Shown here piece by piece: positions 50,953-60,383 of a DNA stretch of 64,000 nt (positions are counted from its first letter, which is position 1; each line of letters starts with the position of its first letter). The DNA lies in the NCBI GenBank assembly GCA_052389315.1, contig JBQTIE010000017.1, positions 60,948 to 124,947 on the forward strand, written 5' to 3'. Source of the DNA: Acidobacteriota bacterium (lineage in GTDB: Bacteria; Acidobacteriota; Vicinamibacteria; Vicinamibacterales; UBA2999). The notes beneath the pieces are model-generated. The model did no database searches. It saw nothing but the letters and a program-made list of their open reading frames with translations, and was not told the origin of the DNA. The position numbers and the translations under genes are program-made.

Positions 50953-52304
50953 CGCAGGAGACGAACCGGGCTCTCACCAACGACCTGCTGCGTCCCCTTC
51001 AACGGACGTCGTGGCGGTTCTATGCACTCGTCGCGTCGCTCGGCGCGGTGGTGGCGGTGGGCGCTGCCGCGTGGGCCACGCAGTTGTACCTGGGCTTCGG
51101 CGTGTCCGGGGTGCGTTGGCCGGTGTTTTGGGGGTTCTACGTCACCAACTTCGTGTTCTGGATCGGGATCAGCCACGCGGGCACTCTCATCTCGGCGATT
51201 CTCCGCCTGGTGAACGCCAGGTGGCGCCGCCCCGTGACGCGCTCGGCCGAAGCCATCACCGTGTTCGCGCTGATGATCGGCGCCATGTTTCCGATCATTC
51301 ACCTGGGACGGCCGTGGCTGTTCTTCTGGTTGATGCCGTATCCGAGCGAGCGGCTGATCTGGCCGAACTTCCGCTCACCGCTCGTCTGGGACTTCTTCGC
51401 GATCACCACGTATCTGCTGGGCAGCAGCCTGTTCCTGTTCCTTCCCATGATTCCGGATTTCGCGCTGATCCGTGATCGATCCACCGGCTGGCGGGCACGC
51501 ATCTACGGATGGCTCTCATTGAGATGGCAGGGGACGCCCAAGCAGTGGCACCGTCTGGAGTCGGCGATGCAGATCATGGCGATCGCGATTCTGCCGGTCG
51601 CCGTGTCGGTGCACACCATCGTGTCATTCGACTTCTCGATGGCGCCGGTTCCGATGTGGCACTCGACGATCTTCGGGCCGTACTTCGTCGCTGGCGCCAT
51701 CTTCAGCGGCATTGCGGCCCTCATCATCGCGATGGCGTTCCTCCGCCGGTTCCTTCGTCTCGAGGAGTATCTGCACCCCGTGCATTTCGCGAACCTCGGG
51801 AAGCTCCTGCTGCTGATGAGCCTGCTCTGGGCGTATTTCGTGTTCGCGGAGCGGCTGACGGTGTGGTACGGGAATCGTCCCGAAGAAATGGCCGCCTTCT
51901 GGGCGACTCAGCGCGATGCCTACGCGCCCCTCTACTGGACGATGGTGGTGTGCAACTTCGTGATCCCGCTCGGCATCCTGTCGTTCAGGCGGCTGCGCAC
52001 GATCGGGGGATGTGTCACCGCGTCGCTGACGGTACTCATCGGCATGTGGCTCGAACGCTTCCTGATCATCGTCCCGTCGCTCGCCAACAAACCGCTGCCG
52101 TACACCTGGGGCGCGTATCAGCCGCAGCCGGTGGAGATAGCCGTGACGGCCGCGACCTTCGCGGCGATGGCGCTGCTATTCACGTTGTTCGCCAAGTTCG
52201 TCCCGGTCATCTCCGTGTGGGAGCTCAAGGTCGGCGAGCATCCTCAGCCCGTGGTGACGGCACGTGAGCTTGGCGATCAGCCGCTCTGGAAGGTGCAACC
52301 GTGA
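50949..52304 (+). CDS. NrfD/PsrC-family quinol-binding membrane subunit (ActC-like)
   Basis: NFVFWIGISHAGTLISAIL, HLGRPW, PNFRSPLVWD, WHSTIFGPYFVAGAIFSG, GMWLERF. Confidence 0.93.
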   Translation: MTQETNRALTNDLLRPLQRTSWRFYALVASLGAVVAVGAAAWATQLYLGFGVSGVRWPVFWGFYVTNFVFWIGISHAGTLISAILRLVNARWRRPVTRSAEAITVFALMIGAMFPIIHLGRPWLFFWLMPYPSERLIWPNFRSPLVWDFFAITTYLLGSSLFLFLPMIPDFALIRDRSTGWRARIYGWLSLRWQGTPKQWHRLESAMQIMAIAILPVAVSVHTIVSFDFSMAPVPMWHSTIFGPYFVAGAIFSGIAALIIAMAFLRRFLRLEEYLHPVHFANLGKLLLLMSLLWAYFVFAERLTVWYGNRPEEMAAFWATQRDAYAPLYWTMVVCNFVIPLGILSFRRLRTIGGCVTASLTVLIGMWLERFLIIVPSLANKPLPYTWGAYQPQPVEIAVTAATFAAMALLFTLFAKFVPVISVWELKVGEHPQPVVTARELGDQPLWKVQP

Positions 52305-52828
52305 GCGGCCCAACCAGCGCAGCAGGCCGTGGAACCGTATACGGGCTGTTTGCCGCGCCGGCAGAGGTGCAGCGGGCCGTGGACGGCTTGCGTGCGCTCG
52401 GCCTCAAAGAACGCGAGATCGTGGTGATGTCCGCCGAACCGTTCGAGGAGTACGAGTTCAGCCACCGGGATTCGGCCACCTGGCTTCACTGGATTGCGGG
52501 GATTGGCGGGGTGGTGGGCCTCTCGGCCGCCATTGCGCTCCTTGTCACGACACAGCAGGCGTGGCCGATCGTGACCTCCGGCATGCCCATCGTCGCCTGG
52601 TGGCCGAACCTCATCATCATGTTCGAGCTGACCATGCTCGGAGCCATTCTGTTCACTGTGGTGACGCTGCTGTTCACCGTGGTCATGCCACGACAGCGGT
52701 CCACGTTCTACGATCCCGTCGTATCGGATGGCCACATCGTGGTCGGAGTCGAGAACGCGGCCGATCGCATCCGCGTGGTGGAGGTGCTGTCGGCGGCAGG
52801 AGGCCGCCCGCCGGCGGCCGGCTGGTAG
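52301..52828 (+). CDS. ActD-like (DUF3341) membrane subunit
   Basis: VYGLF, two TM helices, WPIVTSGMP, IMFELTML, YDPVVSDG. Confidence 0.85.
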   Translation: MSGPTSAAGRGTVYGLFAAPAEVQRAVDGLRALGLKEREIVVMSAEPFEEYEFSHRDSATWLHWIAGIGGVVGLSAAIALLVTTQQAWPIVTSGMPIVAWWPNLIIMFELTMLGAILFTVVTLLFTVVMPRQRSTFYDPVVSDGHIVVGVENAADRIRVVEVLSAAGGRPPAAGW

Positions 52829-52879
52829 GTCGGAGAGCGAAGCCGAGCGAGCAACCGAGAGCCGTCAGGCGCCGCCGAT

Positions 52880-54232
52880 TCACGGCAGGGCGGCGCGAAT
52901 CGCGTCGCTGACGATCGCCACCATCCGGTCGATCTGCTCGTCGTCGATCACGAGGGGCGGGGCGAGGCAGATACAGTCCATGGCGACGCGTGTATAAAGG
53001 CCGCGTGCCAGCAGGGCGTCGGTCAGGCGCTGGGTCATCCCCAGCTCCGGCGCGTACAGCTGGCGTGTGGCCTTGTCCGCGACAACCTCGACGCCAGCCA
53101 TCAACCCGAGACCCCTGACGTGGCCCACGCCGTCCATCGACTCGAGCGTGCGCAGGTTCTGGAGAAGGTGCGCACCGCTGCTGGCGGCGCGATCGACGAG
53201 CTGTTCGCGCTCGAGGATCTCGAGGTTTTTCAAGGCAACCGCGCAGCACGTCGCATGTCCAGAATACGTGTAGGCATGCATCCACCGCTTGCCCGGCGGG
53301 ACGCTCATGATCACCTCCCGGACGCGGTCTGAGACCCCGATGCCGCCGAGCGGCACGTAGCCGCTGGTGATGCCCTTGGCGAACTGGACGATGTCAGGCT
53401 CGACGCCGTAGTGTTCGAGGCCAAACCAGCGGCCCGTGCGGCCGAACCCCGTGATGACTTCGTCAGCGATGAACAGGACGTCGTACTGGCTGCAAATCTC
53501 CCGGATTCTCGGGAAATAGTCGGGCGGAGGCACGATGACACCCCCGGCGCCCTGGACCGGTTCGGCGATGAACGCAGCGACTGAGTCGGGGCCCTCGCGA
53601 AGGATGGCCTCCTCGAGGACGTTGGCGGCCGCGATCCCGAGGCTGAGGCGCGGGTCGGTGCCCTCCGGGGGCACGAAGCGGTAGGGATCCGGCGCGGCGA
53701 TGTGGAGAAACCCGGGCGTTCGGGGCTCGAACATCGGCCAGAACGCGGGGAGGCCGGTGGCGCTCATGGCGGCGAGCGTCAGCCCATGGTAGGCCCGGTG
53801 ACGGGAGATGACCTTGACCTTCTCCGGCTTGCCGAGCGCCTTCCAGTAGAACCGTGCCGTCTTGAACGACGACTCGCTGGCTTCGGCGCCACCGCTCGTG
53901 AAGAAGAACGCGTTGATCGACGGGTAGAAGAGCGCGCTGAGCTTTTCGGCGAGCCTGATGGCGGGCTCGTTGGTGGAGCCGGCATACGTCGAGTGGGAGG
54001 CCAGCCGCGCCATCTGTGCGCGGGCGGCGTCGGCCAGCTCTTCGCGCCCATGACCCACGTTCACGTTCCACAAACCGGAGAGGCCGTCGATGTACTCGCC
54101 TCCGTTGGAGTCCTTGATCAGGGCCCCTCGGCCCTCGACCCACAGTCGCGGTGAGGCGGTGGCGGAGGGGTGATGCAGGGGGTGGAGGAGATGCGCCTGG
54201 TCGGCGGCCGTGCGAACGTCGGTGGCGGGCAT
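52880..54232 (-). CDS. Class III (omega-amino acid) aminotransferase
   Basis: YIDGLSGLW, AYHG, AFIAEPVQGAGG, DEVITGFGRTG, AKGITSGY. Confidence 0.94.
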   Translation of the reverse strand: MPATDVRTAADQAHLLHPLHHPSATASPRLWVEGRGALIKDSNGGEYIDGLSGLWNVNVGHGREELADAARAQMARLASHSTYAGSTNEPAIRLAEKLSALFYPSINAFFFTSGGAEASESSFKTARFYWKALGKPEKVKVISRHRAYHGLTLAAMSATGLPAFWPMFEPRTPGFLHIAAPDPYRFVPPEGTDPRLSLGIAAANVLEEAILREGPDSVAAFIAEPVQGAGGVIVPPPDYFPRIREICSQYDVLFIADEVITGFGRTGRWFGLEHYGVEPDIVQFAKGITSGYVPLGGIGVSDRVREVIMSVPPGKRWMHAYTYSGHATCCAVALKNLEILEREQLVDRAASSGAHLLQNLRTLESMDGVGHVRGLGLMAGVEVVADKATRQLYAPELGMTQRLTDALLARGLYTRVAMDCICLAPPLVIDDEQIDRMVAIVSDAIRAALP

Positions 54233-54245
54233 GAGGCGTCCATCG

Positions 54246-54354
54246 TTCCACAAAGGCGGTTTTCCACAAAGGGGCCGGTGTTTTCCACAAAGGGGTCGGG
54301 CTTGGGTTTGCAGTTTTCATCAAGGGGCCGGGCCTGATTGGCAATTCTGCGTAC
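54246..54354. repeat. Tandem cluster of the TTTTCCACAAAGGGG repeat (copy 2 of the dispersed family)
   Basis: Units begin at 54246, 54260, 54281 and a degenerate one at 54314 ending in ATTCTGCGTAC, as at 349-359. Confidence 0.85.
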
Positions 54355-54419
54355 TCACCGGCACGGGCAGGGCGTGAGTCGGGCGGAGTGGAGGTAGACT
54401 CTGCCCACGGAGGGAGCCC

Positions 54420-54869
54420 ATGTCACCTGCCCACGCCAGTCTGGCCGTCGCAACCCTGATCGCTTTGTCCGGGTTTGCCGTGACGAGTCGCGACGCCACG
54501 GTCGCCGCCCAAGGCGGGCCCGGACCGGCCAAGAGCTTCACCAGCCCCTCTGGCACGGTCATGCGCGTTCTCGTCGATGCGGCCTCGCTCGGCGGAAGCG
54601 AAGTGGAGGTTGCGGAGCTGAAGTTTGCTCCGAACAGCGATTCGGGCGACCACCAGCACGGCGTGACCGAGACCTTCTACGTGCTCGAAGGCGAGCTCGA
54701 CCAGGTGATCAATGGCAAGCCCGTGCGGCTCGGCCCCGGCATGGTCGCGAGCATCCGTTCGACGGATCACGTGCAGCACAAGACCGGCCCCAACGGCGCG
54801 CGCGTGCTGGTCATCTGGGCTCCCGGCGGCGAGATTGCCCGTGTCACGGCGAGGTGGCGGTCGCAGTAG
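54420..54869 (+). CDS. Exported cupin-domain protein
   Basis: Signal peptide; HQH..TETFYVLEG; VQH. Confidence 0.85.
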   Translation: MSPAHASLAVATLIALSGFAVTSRDATVAAQGGPGPAKSFTSPSGTVMRVLVDAASLGGSEVEVAELKFAPNSDSGDHQHGVTETFYVLEGELDQVINGKPVRLGPGMVASIRSTDHVQHKTGPNGARVLVIWAPGGEIARVTARWRSQ

Positions 54870-54918
54870 CACGCGCGACCGGCGCTGGTCCGGTTGTCAT
54901 CTGACTGGAGCGACCCTC

Positions 54919-55875
54919 ATGCGCTACTCACTGGCTCGCGCGGCTTTTGTCGCGCTCGTGACACCACTCGCGATCGCTGCCCCTCTCGCGCTCGCGATGC
55001 TGGTCGCCCTGGCGGATTCCTCGCTGCCGCCGCAGAACCCGCCGGCCGGAACAGCCGCCACCACACGCGCCCAGCCAGCCCGCGCGCGCGCGGCGAGCCC
55101 GGACGCGACGCTTCGCGCCGACGCCGCGATGCGCGCCCTCGACCGCTATCTCGAGACGTGGAACTCACGCGATCCGAAGCGGTGGGCCAGCTCACTTCAT
55201 TTCCCGCACGTGCGTCCCGGCCCCGGTGCGTTCGAGCTGTCGTCCACCGCCGAACAGTACGCCGCGGGGGTCAACTTTGCGCAGACGTTGGCCACGGGAT
55301 GGCATCACTCGGAATGGACAGCGCGTCGAGTGCTGCAGGTGGGCGTCGACAAGGTACACGTCGCGGGGGCCTGGCAACGCTACACGGCGGATGATCGGCC
55401 GCTCGTCGGCAGCGTCATCACATATATCGTCACCAACCAGCACGGACGCTGGGGCGTCTTGTCGCGATTCGCGGCGGGACCGACGGGCCTCGACGCCGAA
55501 GCCACCAAGGGCAACAATGCCGCCGCGCTGGCCGCGCTCGACGTGTATGTCAAAGCCTGGAACAGTCACGATCCGGAAACCCTTGCGGCGGCGCTGCATT
55601 TTCCCCATGTGCGGATTGACGGCAACGGTCAGGTCGAACTCGCCTCGTCCACGACAGAGTTCCTCGCGGGTCCCGAGCCCGGGCGCCAGCGGACGTGGTT
55701 CGAGACACGTCTCGATCAGGCCGAGGTGGTGCAGACCAGCGCCAACGGCGTCAACGTGGCCGTCACGTGCAGTCGGCGCGACCGTAAGGGGCAGATCCTT
55801 TCGAGCTTCGAGGCCATCGTCCTCGTTGTCCGGCGAGACAACGCCTGGAAGGTGCAGGCGCTGTCGACGATGTAG
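54919..55875 (+). CDS. Exported protein with two tandem SnoaL/NTF2-like domains
   Basis: Internal duplication: ALDRYLETWNSRD...LHFPHVR and ALDVYVKAWNSHD...LHFPHVR. Confidence 0.7.
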   Translation: MRYSLARAAFVALVTPLAIAAPLALAMLVALADSSLPPQNPPAGTAATTRAQPARARAASPDATLRADAAMRALDRYLETWNSRDPKRWASSLHFPHVRPGPGAFELSSTAEQYAAGVNFAQTLATGWHHSEWTARRVLQVGVDKVHVAGAWQRYTADDRPLVGSVITYIVTNQHGRWGVLSRFAAGPTGLDAEATKGNNAAALAALDVYVKAWNSHDPETLAAALHFPHVRIDGNGQVELASSTTEFLAGPEPGRQRTWFETRLDQAEVVQTSANGVNVAVTCSRRDRKGQILSSFEAIVLVVRRDNAWKVQALSTM

Positions 55876-55924
55876 GCAAGAGCGGGCCCTCGGTGCGTCG
55901 GGCGGGGCAATGCGGTGAGGGGGG

Positions 55925-57007
55925 TTGATGATGACGCCAGTTTCGATGGATTCACCGAGAAGACGACGTCACGTCCACCTCGCGGCCGCCACCGCCATCG
56001 CGGTCGCGTGTGCGGCGGCCTCACTCGACGATCCGCGAGCTGGCGATGATCAGGACGCGGCGCCGGCGGGCGCGCGGACCGCAGCACCACTCCCGGTGCG
56101 CAACGACATCGCGCGCGCGGGTACCGAAATCCTGGTCCTCCGGCATCAGCAACTGAAGAAGGGCGCCCACCCCGACTACTACCGCGCCAGCCGCGAAGGC
56201 GTGTGGCCCTGGTACGAAAAGATCGGCACGCGTATCGTCGGACAGTGGCAGGTCGTCAACCCGACGGGCGCGGGCGCGGGTCTGACGCCAACAGGCGACG
56301 ACGCGTATCGACTGGCGCGGTACGCGAGCTTCGCGCACTGGCAGCAGACGCGAGACGGCGAAAACGCGTCGCTCGGAGGCGATGGTCCTGATCGCGAGAA
56401 GGGACGCGAGTCGGGACGTGAGCGCGTCGGCGTGCAGACCGGGTCGAAAGGCGCGTACTTTCTGGAAGGCGAGACGGCCGTGACGCGCCCGCTGCACATG
56501 CCCGGCCTGGCCGAGCGGTATCGGCGCATCGACGGCGCCGCGAGCGCCTCGGACGACGTGGTGGCGGTGCGCAACAATGCCGCCGAGCCAGGTCGCGAGG
56601 TCATCGAGCTTCGCTACCAGCGCATCGCCAAGGGCGCGTTCGAGCGGTTCGTCAAGCAGACCAGAGACGCGATCTGGCCTTGGGAGGAGAAACTCGGCGC
56701 GCGCCCGATCGGGCAATGGAAGGTGGTATATCCGGCCGCACCCAGCCGCAGCCGCGAGCTGCCGGATGCCGATGAACTGGTCACGATGACGCGATTTGCG
56801 AGCTACGCGCACTGGCAAGCGATGCGCCCCGAGCGCGCCGTGCTGATGGGCGGCAACGGACCTGATTGGCATCAGTGGCGCGCGGTGGTCGCCGCACAGG
56901 CAGCCGTGATTCGCGAAACGTCGATTGAGTTCCTCGAGGGCGAGATGTACCACAGTCCGCCAGTCTTCATGCCAGGGCTCGGCGAGCGTTACGTGCCCGC
57001 CAGGTAG
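55925..57007 (+). CDS. Exported protein with two tandem NIPSNAP-like domains
   Basis: Duplication: VWPWYEKIGTRIVGQW...RYASFAHWQ and IWPWEEKLGARPIGQW...RFASYAHWQ. Confidence 0.65.
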   Translation: MMMTPVSMDSPRRRRHVHLAAATAIAVACAAASLDDPRAGDDQDAAPAGARTAAPLPVRNDIARAGTEILVLRHQQLKKGAHPDYYRASREGVWPWYEKIGTRIVGQWQVVNPTGAGAGLTPTGDDAYRLARYASFAHWQQTRDGENASLGGDGPDREKGRESGRERVGVQTGSKGAYFLEGETAVTRPLHMPGLAERYRRIDGAASASDDVVAVRNNAAEPGREVIELRYQRIAKGAFERFVKQTRDAIWPWEEKLGARPIGQWKVVYPAAPSRSRELPDADELVTMTRFASYAHWQAMRPERAVLMGGNGPDWHQWRAVVAAQAAVIRETSIEFLEGEMYHSPPVFMPGLGERYVPAR

Positions 57008-57013
57008 CAGGCC

Positions 57014-58387
57014 ATGCTCAGCCGGAGGCTGATCGACATGCACACTGACAATCGCTCTGCCGGTCGATGGCTCGACGAATCCTCCTCGGCCCGAGAGACC
57101 CGGCGACGACTCGCGATGGGCCGCAGCGCGTTCCTGCGCCTGTCATCCGCGGCGTGTGCCGGCTGGCTGGTGTCGGACTGGCTGGGTTCTGCCGAATGGC
57201 CACGATCCGCCCAGGCGCAGCAAGGGGCTGACGAGCGCCGCAAGCGCATTGGAAGCGTGATCGCGCAATACGACGCGCAGGGCATTCATCGCACTGCGAC
57301 CGAGACGGACAACGAATCCGGGCGTTGGCTGGCGGATCTCGCGCATCAGGCCGGCGCGGACGCTGCGCTCGAGCCCTTCCCGCTCGCGCGGGTGGACGTG
57401 CGCGCCGCGTACGTCGAGGTTGCCGGTCGTCGCATCGAGGGCATTCCGCTCTTCGACGGCGCCTTCACGGACGATCGCGGAGTAGCCGGCCGACTTGGGA
57501 TGCCCGGCGTGGTAACTGACGGCTCTCGCGGCGGGATTGCGCTCACCGCGGTGGATCAGGCGGGCATTTCGAGCCAGGGGCAATCGATCGCCGAGTTGCG
57601 GCGCAACGTCGCACACGCGGCCATCGTCGTGATCACCAACGGCGGGCAGACCGGCTTGTCGCCAATGAACGCCGCAGCCTTCCTGGAGCCGTTCGGCGTG
57701 CCAACTCTCCAGGTGGGATCCGACCACGCGGACGTGTTGAACGCACAGGCGCGCCGCGGCGGCGACGTGCGCGTGGTCGCCCACGCCGTTCGAACCCCGT
57801 CGACGGCGCACAACGTCGTTGCGCGTGTGTCGGGATCGGATGCTCGTCTGGCGCCCGTCGTCGTCATGACCCCGCGCAGCGGCTGGTTCCACTGCGCGGC
57901 GGAACGTGGTGGCGGGATCGCCTGCTGGCTCGAGGTCATCAGGGCAGTGCACGCGGCGCGACCCGTGCGGACCGTGCGGTTCGTGGCCTCGAGCGGCCAC
58001 GAGCTTGGGCATCTGGGCCTCGACGCGTTCCTCCACCGCAATCAGGAGCTCATCAAGGGCGCTGCGGCGTGGCTGCATTTGGGGGCCAACATCGGGGCCG
58101 CGCGCGGCCGCACGCGACTGCAGGCGTCGGACGACGAGATCGAGGCGTGGGCGCTCGAAGCGCTGAAGGGTGCACGGACCGGTGTGAGCGATCGCGTGCC
58201 ACGCGGGAGGGTCCCCGGCGGTGAAGCGCGCAACATTCACGTGGCGGGCGGACGGTATGTGTCGCTGCTGGGCAACAGCCCGTACTTTCACCACATCGCC
58301 GACCGTTGGCCAGTGTCCGTGGATGCACCGGCGGTGGACCGGTATGCGGCAGCGATGGCGATGCTGGTCACCCGGCTGGGCTCATGA
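57014..58387 (+). CDS. Exported PA-domain / M28-like peptidase homolog
   Basis: GIHRT.T..D, NVVARV.G, VMTPRSGW..CAAERGGG, SGHELGHLG, HLGAN, FH...D. Confidence 0.65.
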   Translation: MLSRRLIDMHTDNRSAGRWLDESSSARETRRRLAMGRSAFLRLSSAACAGWLVSDWLGSAEWPRSAQAQQGADERRKRIGSVIAQYDAQGIHRTATETDNESGRWLADLAHQAGADAALEPFPLARVDVRAAYVEVAGRRIEGIPLFDGAFTDDRGVAGRLGMPGVVTDGSRGGIALTAVDQAGISSQGQSIAELRRNVAHAAIVVITNGGQTGLSPMNAAAFLEPFGVPTLQVGSDHADVLNAQARRGGDVRVVAHAVRTPSTAHNVVARVSGSDARLAPVVVMTPRSGWFHCAAERGGGIACWLEVIRAVHAARPVRTVRFVASSGHELGHLGLDAFLHRNQELIKGAAAWLHLGANIGAARGRTRLQASDDEIEAWALEALKGARTGVSDRVPRGRVPGGEARNIHVAGGRYVSLLGNSPYFHHIADRWPVSVDAPAVDRYAAAMAMLVTRLGS

Positions 58388-58462
58388 TCCGGTGAGGCGT
58401 CAGGTCCCTTTTCAGGGATAATCCCGACGGACCGAAGCGTTTCCGCATTCCCAGGGAGGTCT

Positions 58463-59125
58463 TTGATGATGACCAAGCATGCGATCGCCGTCGCATCCAC
58501 CGCGCTGGCCGTGTGTTGGCCGGAGGTCGCGCTCGCTCAGGCGCCGAAGGCGGCGACCTACATCACGGACGAGCAGGTAAAGCAGATCAACGCTGGCCCT
58601 GGCGTAGACCGGCAGATCGTGAGCACGGACATCGGCAAGCTGAATCTGGCGGTCGGGATCATCCATCGAGGCCGGACGCCCGCACCTGGCGCGGCGGCGG
58701 CCGGCAGCGCGGCAGCCCCGACCCCGGCGCAACCCGCGGCACCGCCAGAACCCTGCGGCGAGCGCTCCGCGACACCTCCGCCCGCGGGGACGGCCAGCGG
58801 CATCGCGCACGACCACCAGACCGAGACCTACATCATCGTCTCTGGCGGCGGGACGCTGGTCACGGGCGGGCGTATCGTCAACGGCCGAAAGTCGGCGCCT
58901 GAGAGTCAGGTGACCCGTGTACTGAACGGGCCGTCGTGCAGCGGGATGATTGCGGGTGCGGACGTGGTGCGTCGCGTCGTCAAGACGGGCGACATCATCA
59001 TCATCCCCGCTGGTGTCCCGCATGGATGGACGGATATCACCGACCACGTGGACTATCTGAGCGTGCGCCCGGATCCGGATCGCGTGCTCCCGTCAGACTA
59101 CGTGAATCCGGCGATCAAGAAGTGA
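58463..59125 (+). CDS. Exported cupin-domain protein with Pro/Ala insert
   Basis: HDHQTETYIIVSGGGTLVTGG, GDIIIIPAGVPHGW. Confidence 0.85.
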   Translation: MMMTKHAIAVASTALAVCWPEVALAQAPKAATYITDEQVKQINAGPGVDRQIVSTDIGKLNLAVGIIHRGRTPAPGAAAAGSAAAPTPAQPAAPPEPCGERSATPPPAGTASGIAHDHQTETYIIVSGGGTLVTGGRIVNGRKSAPESQVTRVLNGPSCSGMIAGADVVRRVVKTGDIIIIPAGVPHGWTDITDHVDYLSVRPDPDRVLPSDYVNPAIKK

Positions 59126-59168
59126 TGCGGGCAAGTGACTTCAGAGTGGGCAGTTCAGGCCCGACGCG

Positions 59169-60383
59169 GTGAGGCGCGCAGGGCCTCGACTCACGGACGT
59201 GCATAGCGCCAGCAACGAAGCTGAGTCGGGCCCCGGCGTCTGGCCGCTGCTACGCGCCGTCCTGGTCTCGGCCGTCGTCATCCTGTCGGCGCCATTCATC
59301 GGACAGTTCCGCGCGTGGCTCGGCGACGCGTTTCCGGGGCGCCTCGTCTTGATCGTGGGAGGCGGGGTGGCGGTCGCGGTGGTCGCGGCGCTGATCGTGG
59401 CGGTGGCGAGGATTCGCAGCCACTACGCGGCACGCTATGGGGCGATTGCAGGAGCGCTGGCGATCGCCACGATCTACGCCAGCGCCGTCGCGACAGGCTG
59501 GCCGGAAGTGGACGTCGTCGAGCGCGTGCATTTCGTCGAGTACGGCCTCATCGGCCTGTTGTTCTACCTCGCCTGGCGCCCTCTTGGCGATCCGTCGATC
59601 ATCGTGCTCCCCATGTTGGCCGGCGTGATGGTCGGCTCCGTCGAAGAATGGTTCCAATGGTTCATCCCGGTGCGCGTGGGCGAAGTCCACGATGTGGCGC
59701 TCGACCTGGTGGCGGTTGGCTGCGGCCTGCTCTTCGTGATGGGCGTTGACCCGCCGACGGTCTTCCGGAGACGACTGTCGGGCGAGTCCCGCGCCTGGCT
59801 TGGGGGCGTAGGCGGGCTCGCCGTGCTGGTGTCTGCGCTGTTCTTCAACGCCGTGCACCTTGGATACGACGTGTCGCGCGACGGCATCACGTTTCGATCG
59901 CACGCCACGGCGGCGCAACTGGACGCCCATGCGGCAGATCGTGCGGCCCGGTGGCGGACCGCTCCGCCGACCACGCTACGCCGCGTGTCCCGCGAGGATC
60001 AATACATGGACGAGGCCGTGTGGCACGTGCGCGCCCGCAACACCGCGCCGGACGCGTGGACGGCGTGGCAGGAGAACCGGATCCTGGAGCTGTTCTATGC
60101 GCCCGTGCTCGACACGCCGTCCTACATTTCGGCGACCGGGCATCGCTGGCCGGCGGAACAACGGAAGAGCATCGAGGCGCAAGTGGTCGGCGTCAACGGT
60201 TCGTATGTGAGCCGTGCCGAGCCCTACCCGGTGTTCGCATGGCCGAAACCCGTGTTCTGGACCGGCGTGTTGTCAGTGATGTCGGGTCTGGTGTGGACAG
60301 CGCTCCGAGAAAGGGGCCCTACGCGGCCTTCACATACACATCCACGGCCCAGGTCCACGTCTGGCTTCGACTCGCCAGCGTAA
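59169..60383 (+). CDS. VanZ-like multi-pass membrane protein
   Basis: ERVHFVEYG, VEEWFQWFIPVRVGEVHDV; several TM helices; start uncertain. Confidence 0.7.
   Translation: MRRAGPRLTDVHSASNEAESGPGVWPLLRAVLVSAVVILSAPFIGQFRAWLGDAFPGRLVLIVGGGVAVAVVAALIVAVARIRSHYAARYGAIAGALAIATIYASAVATGWPEVDVVERVHFVEYGLIGLLFYLAWRPLGDPSIIVLPMLAGVMVGSVEEWFQWFIPVRVGEVHDVALDLVAVGCGLLFVMGVDPPTVFRRRLSGESRAWLGGVGGLAVLVSALFFNAVHLGYDVSRDGITFRSHATAAQLDAHAADRAARWRTAPPTTLRRVSREDQYMDEAVWHVRARNTAPDAWTAWQENRILELFYAPVLDTPSYISATGHRWPAEQRKSIEAQVVGVNGSYVSRAEPYPVFAWPKPVFWTGVLSVMSGLVWTALRERGPTRPSHTHPRPRSTSGFDSPA

Noticed and set aside
54246-54300. DnaA-box cluster / oriC (TTTTCCACA matches TTWTNCACA)
   Set aside because: No dnaA/dnaN/gidA context and no AT-rich unwinding element; the same motif recurs with a shared longer tail at 317 and 63801, which fits a dispersed repeat better.
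54246-54354. Mini CRISPR array
   Set aside because: Units are about 15 bp with very short, irregular spacing and there are no cas genes in the window.
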